Source: Patescibacteria group bacterium
GTDB lineage: Bacteria > Patescibacteriota > Microgenomatia > UBA8517
Length of the DNA stretch: 64,000 nt
Assembly: GCA_041499035.1 (NCBI GenBank)
Contig: JBGQJK010000003.1
Coordinates: 1,953-65,952, forward strand
Reading direction: 5' to 3'
Position 1 is the stretch's first letter. Each line of letters starts with the position of its first letter. Shown here piece after piece: positions 1-10,625 of this stretch. The position numbers were made by a program, and so were the translations under genes. Below the pieces are notes generated by a model. The model was not told where the DNA came from, ran no database searches, and was given only the letters and a program-made list of their open reading frames with translations.

Positions 1-1563
1 TTTTTCATCGTCCCAGGAATGGGGTTTGGGAATGATGTAGGATTGGGTTCTAAGCCAATTACTTTCGCCGAAGGTTAATGTTTTGCTGTAATCAACTGAA
101 ATGCCGGGAGTAATTCTGTGAAGAAATAAATATTTACCGCCGAAAGTTTCCGGAAAGATGCAGGCGTCTTTGTCGTAGATGCCCGGGGCCGTGATCAGAA
201 TTGGCTTCTCCCAATCCCAATTCCGCTTTAGAAAGTTTTCAACACTAATTGATGTTAATGCGACTCTTGTTAAGTCGCCGCCCGCGTAGGCGGTGTAGCA
301 AATATAAAGTTTATCGCCTATTTGTGTGATTCTCGGGTCTTCGCAACCCCTGGACTCGAAGTCTTCTCTCGGGGAATAAATCGGGTCTGGGAGTCTCTCT
401 TCTATACTTACCCCGTCGGTACTTACCGCCAAACCAAATCTTGAAATGTCGTCTCCGGACTGGGCTCTATAAATGATATAGATCTTTCCTTCCAAACTGA
501 TAGCTGCGGGATTAAAAACCGCTTTTGATTCCCAAGAATGTTCAGGGATAGCTTTTAAGATCGGATTTTCCTTGAATTTTTCGAATTTTACGGGCGCAAC
601 ATTGTTAATTTGCATGCTGCTAAAAAGTTCTTTGACGGGAACTTCCGCGAGGCAAACCGAGGTGTCGCATGCGCTGTAGTAAATAGACAAGCTTTCCTTT
701 TCTATAATCGCCCCGTTTGCAAAAATTGTGTTTGGAACGTTGCCTTTTATTTCGTAATCTGTTTCGGGGACTAGGAGCGGTTTTTTAATTTCACCGACGA
801 TTTTTTTAGGATCTTTAAGATCAAGGAGAACACCCTTTATTTGAACCTGCCGCTGATCCGTAAAATAATTTTCTATATAACAATAAATAAGTAGCCAGCC
901 ATACTCCGTCTTAATTGGAGTTGCTCCGACCTCTACCTGGTCAAGGCTGCTCCAGGTAAGAGGCAGAGTCTGTTCGTCCAGCGATTTATACCATTTGTTC
1001 CAGAATTTTTCCGACCATAAGTCTTCCTTTTTATCAAAATAGGCAACGGCGATTTTTGACGGGGGAAGATCTGTGTTGGCCGTAAAAAGTACCGCGTATT
1101 TGCCGTTTATTTTTTCGGGGAAGAGGGTCATCGCTTTCGCATTGAACGGGGTTATTAAGTGTTTTTCTTTCACAGTGCTTAGATCATCCGAAATAGCCAA
1201 ACCGACTTTTATTCCGGGGGCAGAAAAGGGGAAGGTGGATAGAGCCGTATAAAAGATAAAGTACTCATTATCGAGCATTGTAACCCTTGGGTCTTCGCAA
1301 CCGAACGTGTCCCAGTCTTCGGAAGGAGTTATCAGTAACTTGCGGTTGTCGAAATCTATTCCGTCAGCGCTTTCCGCAGTCGCTATCACCGAAAGTTCGA
1401 GCTCTGCCCCTGAGACAAATTGCTTACTCGACATGGCTCGGTAAAGCATTCTGTATTTGTCATTTGTTTTTATGACTGAGCCGTTAAATGCAGCGTAGCT
1501 TTCCCAGGGATTTTTATTTAGCGGCAGAAGGATTGGATTTTTGGGGTATCTGGTTATATTCAT
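1..1563 (-). CDS. GH130-family glycoside hydrolase/phosphorylase with two tandem domains (runs off the left edge; not in ORF track)
   Basis: Manual translation from ATG at 1563: MNITRYPKNPILLP..WESYAAFNG; GCEDPR motif appears twice (~1290 and ~340), plus a second NPIL..WE..AVFNPAA and a YPNGA-type motif. Confidence 0.85.
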   Translation of the reverse strand, partial: MNITRYPKNPILLPLNKNPWESYAAFNGSVIKTNDKYRMLYRAMSSKQFVSGAELELSVIATAESADGIDFDNRKLLITPSEDWDTFGCEDPRVTMLDNEYFIFYTALSTFPFSAPGIKVGLAISDDLSTVKEKHLITPFNAKAMTLFPEKINGKYAVLFTANTDLPPSKIAVAYFDKKEDLWSEKFWNKWYKSLDEQTLPLTWSSLDQVEVGATPIKTEYGWLLIYCYIENYFTDQRQVQIKGVLLDLKDPKKIVGEIKKPLLVPETDYEIKGNVPNTIFANGAIIEKESLSIYYSACDTSVCLAEVPVKELFSSMQINNVAPVKFEKFKENPILKAIPEHSWESKAVFNPAAISLEGKIYIIYRAQSGDDISRFGLAVSTDGVSIEERLPDPIYSPREDFESRGCEDPRITQIGDKLYICYTAYAGGDLTRVALTSISVENFLKRNWDWEKPILITAPGIYDKDACIFPETFGGKYLFLHRITPGISVDYSKTLTFGESNWLRTQSYIIPKPHSWDDEK

Positions 1564-1574
1564 AATCTTAGGCT

Positions 1575-3425
1575 TTAGTCTACTTCCGGTAGTTTGATAG
1601 GATGAAGAGTCCCACCCTCATCATTTGTCAGCTGCCTAAGAAACTCTTTCAGATTTGCTGATGCAACACAAGTAACACTGTCGCTTCCGCCGTAGTAAAC
1701 TAAGAGCTGCCCATCCACTATTACTGCGCCGCAGGGGTAGACTACACCGAACTTTGCCAATCCATTTTCATAGTGTTCCGTAGGTTCGATTATGGGGTGA
1801 TTGCTTCTGTGAAGAATTTTGGTCGGGTCATTTAGGTCCAGTAGCATTGCGCCGACTTTATACTTTGATGAATCTGCCTCGCCAACACCCTGATAAATTA
1901 AAAGCCAGCCCTCGTCGGTTTTTATAGGAGGCGCGCCGGTTCCGATTTTACGGCTGTCCCACATATTTGGTCTGGGTTTAATTGCAAACTCGCCTTTTAA
2001 CCAGCTCTTGCCGTCGAATTCCAGATTATCCACAAAGTCTATGAGAATGTTCGGATAAATTCTATGGAAGATTACGTATTTACCGTTAATCTTTTCCGGG
2101 AGAAGACATCCGCTTTTGTCTATTATCCCCGGTGGGGAAATAAGAACGGGCCTGCTCCAGAGAAAATTGCGGTTAAGGAAGTTTTCTAAAAGTATTGAAG
2201 TCATGGCGAGCCTGGGTGGTTCCCAACCGTTAAAAGCCACATAAATCATATAAAGTCTGTCGCCAATTTTTGTAATCCTGGGATCCTCGCAGCCGCCATA
2301 GCCGCCACCCGACATGTATTTTTTGGCAGTTTCGTATGAAGCCTGTTTGCCTTTGACTTCAAAAGGCTCGCTGGCTGCGTATATCGGCTCTTTAAGCCTG
2401 CCGCCGAAGTTTATGCCGTCACAGCTTTCCGCATACCCGAGAACCGAAATGTAGTCCCTGCCTACCGCGCGGTAAATCAGGTAGACTTTGCCATCTTCAT
2501 AAAATGCGGCAGGATTAAAAGCGGCTTCGTTTTCCCAGGCATTTTCCGCGCGTGGCACCAGAACGGGGTTTGCCGGATGTTTGTCGAGTTTATAATGATG
2601 ATTTTCGTGTGCAGGTTCGGACTCAAAAACCGGGTAGGTGATTAAAAATATCCCCACGTCCGAAATGTTCCAATAGCCCAAAAGTTTGCCTTCAAAATAG
2701 ACGCAGCCAAGACAAGTTACCTCGTGGTCTTTCCACTCACCGGGCTCTTGCCAGAGCGAAGTTTTGGTCTGCCAGAGGATTTTGTCGGGACTATTTATGT
2801 CGAAGCACATTGCTTTGGAGTCGAGTGAACTAGTATGGTAAATAACAAAAATGCCCTGGGAGGTTTTGATAACGAAATCAATATAATAATTCTTATCTTC
2901 CGGGAGATCCACTTTCTGAAACTTCCAGCTCTCTCCGTCTTTTGACACCCCAAAAGAAATACTCTTTCCTCCCGTGTACATGACATAATTGCCCTTATGT
3001 TTATAGTCGCTGACTATTACTCCGCCAGAAATACCCTCAGGATTTTTTGTGAAAGTATCCCAGTTTGACAAGCTTAGCGAGGACGCAAAAAATGATCCGC
3101 TTTGTTTTGCATCTACTAATTGGTAGTCCAATAGAAGATTGCCGTTAAACCTGCTTATCTTTAGACCGGAGAGTTTGCCGGGGTCAACCCTTTTTTTATC
3201 GCCGTCCCGGATTGTAAAAACAGATTCGCTCCGTTCGAACTCAAAACCGTCTTTGCTTTCGGCAACACAAACAGCATTGGGAGTATTCGAAGAATAGTAA
3301 TAGAGTGAAATCTTATCGCCGTGCGAATTTACACCCAAACCGCGGATTCTGGCATCTTTAATTGCACCTTTAGGTGGAATTTTTATTTTAGTCATATATA
3401 TTTGGTTTTGACCACAAAACACCAC
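1575..3425 (-). CDS. GH130-family glycosidase/mannoside phosphorylase with an N-terminal degenerate propeller-like region
   Basis: NPVL..WE..AAFNPAA, GCEDPRIT, GAPPIKT..GWLLIY and VVYPCGA motifs; true start may be ATG 3395. Confidence 0.85.
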   Translation of the reverse strand: MVFCGQNQIYMTKIKIPPKGAIKDARIRGLGVNSHGDKISLYYYSSNTPNAVCVAESKDGFEFERSESVFTIRDGDKKRVDPGKLSGLKISRFNGNLLLDYQLVDAKQSGSFFASSLSLSNWDTFTKNPEGISGGVIVSDYKHKGNYVMYTGGKSISFGVSKDGESWKFQKVDLPEDKNYYIDFVIKTSQGIFVIYHTSSLDSKAMCFDINSPDKILWQTKTSLWQEPGEWKDHEVTCLGCVYFEGKLLGYWNISDVGIFLITYPVFESEPAHENHHYKLDKHPANPVLVPRAENAWENEAAFNPAAFYEDGKVYLIYRAVGRDYISVLGYAESCDGINFGGRLKEPIYAASEPFEVKGKQASYETAKKYMSGGGYGGCEDPRITKIGDRLYMIYVAFNGWEPPRLAMTSILLENFLNRNFLWSRPVLISPPGIIDKSGCLLPEKINGKYVIFHRIYPNILIDFVDNLEFDGKSWLKGEFAIKPRPNMWDSRKIGTGAPPIKTDEGWLLIYQGVGEADSSKYKVGAMLLDLNDPTKILHRSNHPIIEPTEHYENGLAKFGVVYPCGAVIVDGQLLVYYGGSDSVTCVASANLKEFLRQLTNDEGGTLHPIKLPEVD

Positions 3426-3590
3426 GTCAAAAAGAAGTGTCGATCGAAGCGGCAGTTAGGCATGTTTTTATTTATTAATTTTTCTTCTTATATTAGATTA
3501 TCAAATTATTATAAACCTAATTGAGAAAGAGTTGAAAGGTGCAAAATATGGAAACTAATCAAGTTAATAAATATGTTAGAATAGCTTCAT

Positions 3591-4598
3591 ATGGGATTAT
3601 CTGTTGGAATTGTAGGGTTACCTAATGTTGGCAAGAGTACACTTTTTAATGCTTTACTAAAAAAACAGCAGGCATATGTTGCCAATTTTCCTTTTGCCAC
3701 AATTGAGCCCAACATTGGCGTTGTTCCCGTTCCGGATGAGCGTCTCTCAAAACTGGCTGAGGTAACCAAAAAAGCCGAGAATATGGGCAATCTTCCTCCT
3801 GAAGTTCCTGCTACCGTAGAGTTTGTTGATATTGCAGGGCTTATCGCAGGAGCGTCTAAAGGTGAAGGTCTCGGCAACAAATTCCTTAGTCATATTAGGG
3901 AAACCGATGCGATTTGTTTTGTCCTCCGTGCATTTTCCGATCCGGACATCATTAAACAGGGGGTAACCGACCCTAAAACCGATTTCGAGGTTTTAAAGGT
4001 TGAGCTTGACTTGGCGGATGAAGAAATGGTGGCCCGGTCCTCCGCAAAGGCTTCGGCTGGCAAGCAATCATCTGAGGATAATTTACCGCTTTTCTCAAAA
4101 AAACCCTTTCTGATTGTTCTCAACGTTGATGAGAAAGATTTGGAAGACTCTTCTGCCCTCGAGAGCAAATATGCTGGTGAGCTAAAGGTTAATAAAGACC
4201 AGGTAATAATAGTTTCCGCGAAAACGGAAAGTGAACTCTCGGAACTTTCTGCGGAGGACCAAAAAGCATATCTTTCCGACCTTGGCATAACGAAATCAGG
4301 ATTGGAAAGATTGATTCAAAAAGCTTTTGCCACACTCGGTCTTATCACCTTCCTAACGGCAGGGGAGAAGGAAGTACGGGCCTGGACGATCAAGAAAGGA
4401 CTAAATGCTCAGGAAGCTGCGGGGGTAATTCACACAGACTTCATCAAAAAGTTCATCAAGGCTGATGTTGTAGACTTCAACGATTTCATCTCAAACGGTG
4501 GCTGGAAAGCCTGCCGCGAACTCGGAAAAGTCAGAAGTGAAGGCCGTGACTACATTATGCAGGACGGCGACGTAGTTGAGTTTAAGATTGGCGCCTAA
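3591..4598 (+). CDS. ychF: Obg-like ATPase YchF (internally shortened)
   Basis: [37 protein letters not shown]-terminal TGS domain AAGVIHTDF...[12 protein letters not shown]. Confidence 0.95.
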   Translation: MGLSVGIVGLPNVGKSTLFNALLKKQQAYVANFPFATIEPNIGVVPVPDERLSKLAEVTKKAENMGNLPPEVPATVEFVDIAGLIAGASKGEGLGNKFLSHIRETDAICFVLRAFSDPDIIKQGVTDPKTDFEVLKVELDLADEEMVARSSAKASAGKQSSEDNLPLFSKKPFLIVLNVDEKDLEDSSALESKYAGELKVNKDQVIIVSAKTESELSELSAEDQKAYLSDLGITKSGLERLIQKAFATLGLITFLTAGEKEVRAWTIKKGLNAQEAAGVIHTDFIKKFIKADVVDFNDFISNGGWKACRELGKVRSEGRDYIMQDGDVVEFKIGA

Positions 4599-4625
4599 AC
4601 CCCTCCTGGAGTAAAATACGCTTCT

Positions 4626-5141
4626 ATGGAAAGAATTCCGCGGAATACTATCGGCAGAGGCAATGAAAATACTGCAAAGGCTGGTTGGACAGGGGTAGTT
4701 TTAAAAGAAACAAACTTTTTAAGCATGATGTCACTAGCTTTTTCGGGTGGTGTCTCGGCCCTTCGGCGGGAGATAGCTTTTTGTGAGGGAGAAGCCCAAA
4801 GGTCGGAGATAAAGGTTCCAAGGAGAACACGCGTTGTCAAATTTCCGATTGGTTTTAAAATCGGACAAGACTATATTCCTGACGATGGATCTTTGACCCG
4901 GGAACAAATTGCCGAGAAAATTGAGCGTAGTGGAACCCAATTTATTAAGGAGGGCTATAAAATCAAACCGGAAAATTATCATGGTTTTGAACAGGAAGTT
5001 TACTTGGTTGATTTAACATTTGGTTACGCAAGGATATTGGGTAACTTCATAAGCATAGAGACCAAAAATCACTATAAACTCATGACCCTGAACGTGTTGC
5101 GCAGGGTGGGGGTTGCCCACTCCTTGAAGGGGGGAGCTTAG
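4626..5141 (+). CDS. hypothetical protein
   Basis: 171-aa ORF filling the gap between ychF and rpsF; TAAAAT -10 just upstream of the ATG. Confidence 0.6.
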   Translation: MERIPRNTIGRGNENTAKAGWTGVVLKETNFLSMMSLAFSGGVSALRREIAFCEGEAQRSEIKVPRRTRVVKFPIGFKIGQDYIPDDGSLTREQIAEKIERSGTQFIKEGYKIKPENYHGFEQEVYLVDLTFGYARILGNFISIETKNHYKLMTLNVLRRVGVAHSLKGGA

Positions 5142-5163
5142 CCATGATATACTTCAGCTTGAT

Positions 5164-5451
5164 ATGAACAATTATGAGCTGACTTTGGTAATTGACGGCA
5201 AGGGAGGCCCCGCCAAAAAGAAAAAGGTAACCGAAACTCTGGAAAAGACTCTTAAGATTTTTAAGGGTACCATCAAGGACTCCAAAGAATGGGGAATTAA
5301 AGAATTGGCCTATAAATTGGGCAAATCCGATACTGGCCTTTATCTGCACTTTGAATTAGAATTGGACGCAGGGGGCGTAAAGGCTTTAAACGAAAAGCTT
5401 AGAACCGACTCGGAAATTTTGAGGTACTTGGTAATTCGAAACGAAAATTAA
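5164..5451 (+). CDS. rpsF: 30S ribosomal protein S6
   Basis: MNNYEL...EWG.KELAY.....G.Y...ILRYLV; rpsF-ssb-rpsR synteny. Confidence 0.95.
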   Translation: MNNYELTLVIDGKGGPAKKKKVTETLEKTLKIFKGTIKDSKEWGIKELAYKLGKSDTGLYLHFELELDAGGVKALNEKLRTDSEILRYLVIRNEN

Positions 5452-5946
5452 ATGGCACGAAGTTTAAACAAGGCAATGCTGATCGGGAATCTGACCCGCG
5501 ATCCTGAAATGCGCTACACGCCCCAGGGCGCCGCGGTTTGTACTTTTGGTGTGGCCACCAATAGGAGTTGGAATACCGATGCCGGGGAAAAGAAAGAAGA
5601 CGTAGAATTCCACAATATAGTAGCCTGGAATAAGCTGGCTGAGATCTGTTCGCAGCTTCTAAAAAAAGGCAGGAAAGTTTACGTTGAAGGCAGGCTCTCT
5701 ACCAGAAGTTGGCAGGGCCAGGACGGAGCCCAAAAACAGAGAACAGAAGTTGTAATTTCGGATATGGTAATCCTTGATAAGCGAACGGACGAGCCGACCG
5801 GGGATATAGATATTCCCGAGCCGGGCATGCAGACTCAGGAGGCACCGGCTGCGGAAGAATCTCAGGTTGAAGAAAAAAAGCCCTCCAAGAAATCAAAGTC
5901 TGCTTCAAAAAAAGAAGAACCTGCTGAAGAGGATATACCCTTCTAA
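5452..5946 (+). CDS. ssb: single-stranded DNA-binding protein
   Basis: LNKAMLIGNLTRDPEMRYT OB fold; acidic EEDIPF tail. Confidence 0.97.
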   Translation: MARSLNKAMLIGNLTRDPEMRYTPQGAAVCTFGVATNRSWNTDAGEKKEDVEFHNIVAWNKLAEICSQLLKKGRKVYVEGRLSTRSWQGQDGAQKQRTEVVISDMVILDKRTDEPTGDIDIPEPGMQTQEAPAAEESQVEEKKPSKKSKSASKKEEPAEEDIPF

Positions 5947-5949
5947 GTT

Positions 5950-6204
5950 ATGGCAAAAAAGCAAAACAAGAAAAGAAGAAGGATAGTGCTCGAGGCTGTA
6001 GCCCGTAATTGTCCTTTTTGCAAAACAAATACCAGCCCAGACTACAAGGACTTTGGCACACTTCAAAAATATATGAGTGACCGCGCCAAGGTGCTCGGCA
6101 AGGACAGGACCGGCATTTGCGCCAAACATCAAAGACGCCTTTCTGTTGCTATAAAACGTGCCAGACATTTAGCGCTTCTTCCTTATATTCCTGCTCTAAA
6201 ATAA
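5950..6204 (+). CDS. rpsR: 30S ribosomal protein S18 (Zn-binding type)
   Basis: [32 protein letters not shown]. Confidence 0.96.
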   Translation: MAKKQNKKRRRIVLEAVARNCPFCKTNTSPDYKDFGTLQKYMSDRAKVLGKDRTGICAKHQRRLSVAIKRARHLALLPYIPALK

Positions 6205-6251
6205 AATCTGAGGCTTGAGTCGACCTAGTCTTTCGGGTATCATCTTTAGAT

Positions 6252-7481
6252 ATGTCTTTGAGGATAAATTTCGGCAAGGCACGCAACTTCATACTCATTC
6301 TCGTCATTATCGGCCTGTCGTTTTGGGGAGGATATTATTTGGGACTCCAAGGCTTCAGGGCCGAGGTAACAAAAGCACTTAAGGTGAGTATAAGTCGTGA
6401 TGTTCCGTCCAATGAGCATGTGGACTTTTCTCTTTTCTGGCAAGTTTGGGACATTCTTTCAAACAAATATTACGACAAAACCAAGCTGGATCCGAGACAA
6501 ATGGTTTATGGGGCAATAGGAGGTATGGTAAGCTCCCTGGGAGATCCGTTTACATCCTTCCTTCCGCCAACCCAGAACAAAATGGTTAACGAAGACCTTA
6601 GCGGCTCGTTCGATGGCGTAGGAATTCAAATCGGTTTTGACAAAACAGGCAAATTGACGGTGGAAGCTCCCTTACCGGGCTCTCCAGCAGAGAAAGCCGG
6701 GGTTAAAGCAGGGGATTTTGTCGCCCATATTAAAGATGCTAACAAAAAAATCGATATTGATACTCCGGGAATTTCGCTTGCTGACGCCGTGAGCGATATC
6801 AGAGGGCCAGCGGGTACTACCGTAACCCTGACTCTGGTCAGAGACGGGGCGGCGCCTTTTAAAGTTGATCTGGTCCGGGCCAAGCTCGATGTTCCTTCGG
6901 TGGCGCTAACATTCGTAGGTAATGGCGGTCTAATAGCCGACCTCAAGGTTAACAGTTTTGACGCCCAGACGCCGGATGAATGGAATAAACAGGTTGACCA
7001 GATTTTGGCAAAAGGTGGGATTCGCGGCATAATTATAGATCTTAGAAATAATCCGGGGGGTTACCTACAGGATGCGGTGGACCTGACGGGCGATTTTGTT
7101 AAGCTCGGGAGCGTCGTTGTTACAGAGGCCGATGGTGACGGAAACAAAGTTGATTATAAAACACAAAAAGCCGGCAGGCTCTTAAGTTTGCCGGTTGTAG
7201 TGCTAATTAACGGCGGGAGCGCCAGCGCGTCCGAAATTATGACGGGAGCCCTTCAAGATCAAATTCACGCAAGAACAGTTGGCCTAAAGAGTTTTGGTAA
7301 GGGAACAGTCCAGCAGCCGATTGACTTGGCTGACGGGGCGGGACTCCATGTTACGGTTGCAAAGTGGTTAACCCCCAAGGGGACTTGGGTCCACGGCAAA
7401 GGTATTACTCCTGATTTTGTTGTTGACAATCAAAACGCGACTGAGGACGCTCAACTGCAAAAAGCTATAATGCTTTTTTAA
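6252..7481 (+). CDS. ctpA: S41 carboxyl-terminal processing protease
   Basis: N-terminal TM, PDZ (GSPAEKAG), DLRNNPGG, SASASE, GKGTVQ, GITPD. Confidence 0.93.
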   Translation: MSLRINFGKARNFILILVIIGLSFWGGYYLGLQGFRAEVTKALKVSISRDVPSNEHVDFSLFWQVWDILSNKYYDKTKLDPRQMVYGAIGGMVSSLGDPFTSFLPPTQNKMVNEDLSGSFDGVGIQIGFDKTGKLTVEAPLPGSPAEKAGVKAGDFVAHIKDANKKIDIDTPGISLADAVSDIRGPAGTTVTLTLVRDGAAPFKVDLVRAKLDVPSVALTFVGNGGLIADLKVNSFDAQTPDEWNKQVDQILAKGGIRGIIIDLRNNPGGYLQDAVDLTGDFVKLGSVVVTEADGDGNKVDYKTQKAGRLLSLPVVVLINGGSASASEIMTGALQDQIHARTVGLKSFGKGTVQQPIDLADGAGLHVTVAKWLTPKGTWVHGKGITPDFVVDNQNATEDAQLQKAIMLF

Positions 7482-7523
7482 GGAAATTTTAAGTTTTTAG
7501 TATAATTATCATAAGTACCCGGT

Positions 7524-8675
7524 ATGGCAATTAGAAAATTGGATATTAAAAAACTGCTAGTTTTGGTAGCGTTAGTGTTGGTTGTTTTGGCTTCGCTTGC
7601 CTCCGGCGCGATTGCCGACAGACTATTCGGTTTTAGGCCCTTGGATAGATTTTTCCCGCGTGGCATTTCAACCGTTACCGAACGTGTGGTTAATGAAAAT
7701 AGCGATGTGGTTGATGTAGTTAAAAAAGTAGGGCCTTCAGTTGTTACCGTGTCAGCTACAGCTCCTCAGCGACAAGTTATTCAATTTTCGCCGTTTGGTG
7801 GGTTTTCCCAGGGTGTCCAGGGTGGAACTGCTCAAGACATCGGGAGTGGTTTTATAGTTTCTGCGGACGGTCTTATCGTCACAAATAAACATGTGGTTTC
7901 CGACACAACTCTTACTTATAAAGTGGCCACGCCCGACGGCAAAAGCTATGATGTTAAATCTATCAATAAAGACCCGAATAACGATATCGCCGTAATTAAA
8001 ATTGACGCAAAAGGACTTAAGCCGGTTGAACTTGGAGATTCGGCAAATCTTCAGGTCGGGCAGTTTGTAATTGCAATCGGAACCGCTTTGGGGGAATTTA
8101 GAAATACGGTTACGACTGGGGTTGTTTCGGGACTCGGGCGTGGAATAAATGCAGGAGGAGATTTTACGGGCTATGTTGAAAGATTGGATAATGTTATTCA
8201 AACCGATGCCGCCATTAATCCGGGCAACTCCGGCGGGCCGCTTCTTAACTCCAGTGGACAAGTGATTGGCATTAATGTTGCAGTAGCCCAAGGGGCGAAT
8301 AATGTTGCATTCTCTATTCCTATAAATACCGTTAAAGACGCGCTTAATTCATTTAATCAAAACAACGGCAAGTTTCCGGCAAAAGCTTTTCTTGGGGTGG
8401 AGTACCAAATGCTTAGCAAGCAGGTTGCTCTTTTGAATCAGGTTCCCCAGGGCGCGTATGTGGTTAATGTCGTGGCCGGGTCTCCCGCAGAAAAAGCAGG
8501 GATACAACAAGGGGACATTATTTTCAAAGCCGACGGCAATTCAATTTCAACCGACAGCGGAGGTCTGGGTAAAATTGTCGCAGGTAAAAAAGTGGGGGAC
8601 TCTATCAAACTTACAATCTGGCGCGATGGATCCCAAAAGGACATCTCTGTGACCCTCACAGCCGCGGGACAATGA
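7524..8675 (+). CDS. htrA: HtrA/DegP-like serine protease with one PDZ domain
   Basis: GSGFIV, TNKHVV, QTDAAINPGNSGGPL, C-terminal PDZ. Confidence 0.93.
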   Translation: MAIRKLDIKKLLVLVALVLVVLASLASGAIADRLFGFRPLDRFFPRGISTVTERVVNENSDVVDVVKKVGPSVVTVSATAPQRQVIQFSPFGGFSQGVQGGTAQDIGSGFIVSADGLIVTNKHVVSDTTLTYKVATPDGKSYDVKSINKDPNNDIAVIKIDAKGLKPVELGDSANLQVGQFVIAIGTALGEFRNTVTTGVVSGLGRGINAGGDFTGYVERLDNVIQTDAAINPGNSGGPLLNSSGQVIGINVAVAQGANNVAFSIPINTVKDALNSFNQNNGKFPAKAFLGVEYQMLSKQVALLNQVPQGAYVVNVVAGSPAEKAGIQQGDIIFKADGNSISTDSGGLGKIVAGKKVGDSIKLTIWRDGSQKDISVTLTAAGQ

Positions 8676-8690
8676 ATCTTTCAAGTCCGT

Positions 8691-9392
8691 TTATTTGAGG
8701 GTTTTGGTGAACTCAAAGACTTTATCCAGATTGCCGTCAACTATTACTTCCAGGTTGCCCCAGTTTTTACCTAAGCGGTGATCTGTGATTCTATCTTGTG
8801 GGTAATTATAAGTACGGATTTTCTCACTTCTCATTCCGCGGCCGATTACTGACCTGTAGCCTGCAATTGTTCTTAGTTTTTCTTCCTCTAGTCTCTCCCA
8901 AAGCTTAGACCTAAGAAGGGCCAGCGCTATCTGTCTGTTTTGTTCCTGGAAACGTTCCTCGCGTGCTTGAACAATGATTCCGGTGGGTTTGTGGGTGAGC
9001 CTCACTGCTGTAGCTACTTTATTTACATTTTGCCCGCCGTGTCCGCCACCCGTTGTGAATTGCCACTCAAGGTCCTGTGGGTTAATTTGAACGTCGGTTT
9101 CGCGAACTTCGGGCAGAACCGCTACAGTGGCTGTTGAAGTATGGATTCTGCCTCTTTTTTCTGTAGCCGGAACTCTTTGGACCCGATGTACCCCAGACTC
9201 ATTTTTCAGAGCATCGAATGCTCCGGGGCCGCTAAACCTTACGGTTTTATCATCCAGTTGAATAGTTTTCCAGCCCTTTTTTTGGCCGTAGCGCAAGTAC
9301 ATCCTAAGGAGGTCGTTGCCCCAAAGTTTAGCTTCATCGCCGCCTGTGGCACCACGGATTTCGAGGTATGCGACTTGGTTGTTGTTTTCCAT
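8691..9392 (-). CDS. prfA: peptide chain release factor 1, lacking N-terminal domain 1
   Basis: [13 protein letters not shown] (PxT motif), [26 protein letters not shown]; directly after rpmE. Confidence 0.9.
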   Translation of the reverse strand: MENNNQVAYLEIRGATGGDEAKLWGNDLLRMYLRYGQKKGWKTIQLDDKTVRFSGPGAFDALKNESGVHRVQRVPATEKRGRIHTSTATVAVLPEVRETDVQINPQDLEWQFTTGGGHGGQNVNKVATAVRLTHKPTGIIVQAREERFQEQNRQIALALLRSKLWERLEEEKLRTIAGYRSVIGRGMRSEKIRTYNYPQDRITDHRLGKNWGNLEVIVDGNLDKVFEFTKTLK

Positions 9393-9401
9393 AACTAAAA
9401 T

Positions 9402-9707
9402 CTACGCACGCAGTTCACTAAGCGAGGTAGGCCGTTCGTGCTCTTCCTGAAGCTTTTTCTCTTTCTTAAGCCGTCTTTTTTCGGTTTTGCTCATAATAGC
9501 CTTGCCCGCACCTTTCATTCTAGCCTTAAAGGCGTCAACCCGGCCTGCGGTATCCACAAACTTCATGGTGCCGGTGTAGAAGGGGTGGCAATTGTAGCAA
9601 ACTTCAACGTGGATTTCGGGGACAGTTGCGCCTGTCGTGAATGTATTTCCACAGGCACAAACTACCTTAGCGTCATCGTACCATTTAGGGTGAATTGCAG
9701 CTTTCAT
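9402..9707 (-). CDS. rpmE: 50S ribosomal protein L31 (Zn-binding type) with basic C-terminal extension
   Basis: MKAAIHP..CACG...[12 protein letters not shown]...[10 protein letters not shown]. Confidence 0.96.
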   Translation of the reverse strand: MKAAIHPKWYDDAKVVCACGNTFTTGATVPEIHVEVCYNCHPFYTGTMKFVDTAGRVDAFKARMKGAGKAIMSKTEKRRLKKEKKLQEEHERPTSLSELRA

Positions 9708-9710
9708 AAT

Positions 9711-10625
9711 CTAGGAATTATACCTTTTCTTCTTGAACTCCGCAAGGAAGACGCCGATGGCTATTATCACTGAGCCGATTATAAAGGGAGGTGTGATTTT
9801 CTCTTTCAACCAGAGAATTGAGAGCGGAATGCCAAAAATAGGGTACAGGTAGGCAAAAAGCCCGGCTTCACTGGTTTCTATCGACTTTATGGCCTTGAAC
9901 CAAAGATAATAGCCTAAAGTCCCGGAAAGGATGGCCATATAAAATACACCTAAGTGGTAGGGGAATGGGGTCGTGTATATGGTATGTAGTATATTGGCAG
10001 GCGACTGTGAAAAGAGGAGGACTGGGAGAGTTGTTGCGAACCCGACCATGAAGGAAATGTGGGTGGAGGCAAGGGCTTCAACTTCTTTTCTAAGAATAAC
10101 CTTTTCCAAAATCACGTTTGCGGTTCCGATAAGCACCGAGCCAAAAACCAGAATATTGCCGATAAGGCCGGAAAGTCCGTCATTAGTTTTTAGTGCCGGC
10201 TCAATCACTGCGATGAGGGTTCCGGCAAGCGCGATCAGGATCCCAATCGTTTCCCTTCTGGTTACATGCTCTTTAAGGAAAAATACGCCCGCAACAACGA
10301 TGGTAATTGGGGCAATTGCCGAAATTAAATTTAGATCAATCGAGGTTGTACGTTCGGCTCCCCAAAAAAGTAGGAGAAGGGAAGCAGTTGTGCCCAAGAA
10401 GCCGTTAAATATGGTTAGCCAAAGTATTTTTGGATTTTTAGGAAATTTCGAAATTCCAAGAATAAAAAAGGGAATTGCTACTATTGTTGAGATTAGGAAC
10501 CTGTAGGTTAAAAAAACCGGAGTAGTAAAGCCCCCGAGAGTGTATTTAATAACAACTCCGGCCACACCCCAAATCACAGAAACAATAAGTAGTTGAATGT
10601 AAGCGCGAACTCGAGCAGGATTCAT
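9711..10625 (-). CDS. EamA/DMT family transporter
   Basis: About 10 TM helices in two EamA repeats (IWG...; LKE.VT/LKEKIT). Confidence 0.88.
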   Translation of the reverse strand: MNPARVRAYIQLLIVSVIWGVAGVVIKYTLGGFTTPVFLTYRFLISTIVAIPFFILGISKFPKNPKILWLTIFNGFLGTTASLLLLFWGAERTTSIDLNLISAIAPITIVVAGVFFLKEHVTRRETIGILIALAGTLIAVIEPALKTNDGLSGLIGNILVFGSVLIGTANVILEKVILRKEVEALASTHISFMVGFATTLPVLLFSQSPANILHTIYTTPFPYHLGVFYMAILSGTLGYYLWFKAIKSIETSEAGLFAYLYPIFGIPLSILWLKEKITPPFIIGSVIIAIGVFLAEFKKKRYNS

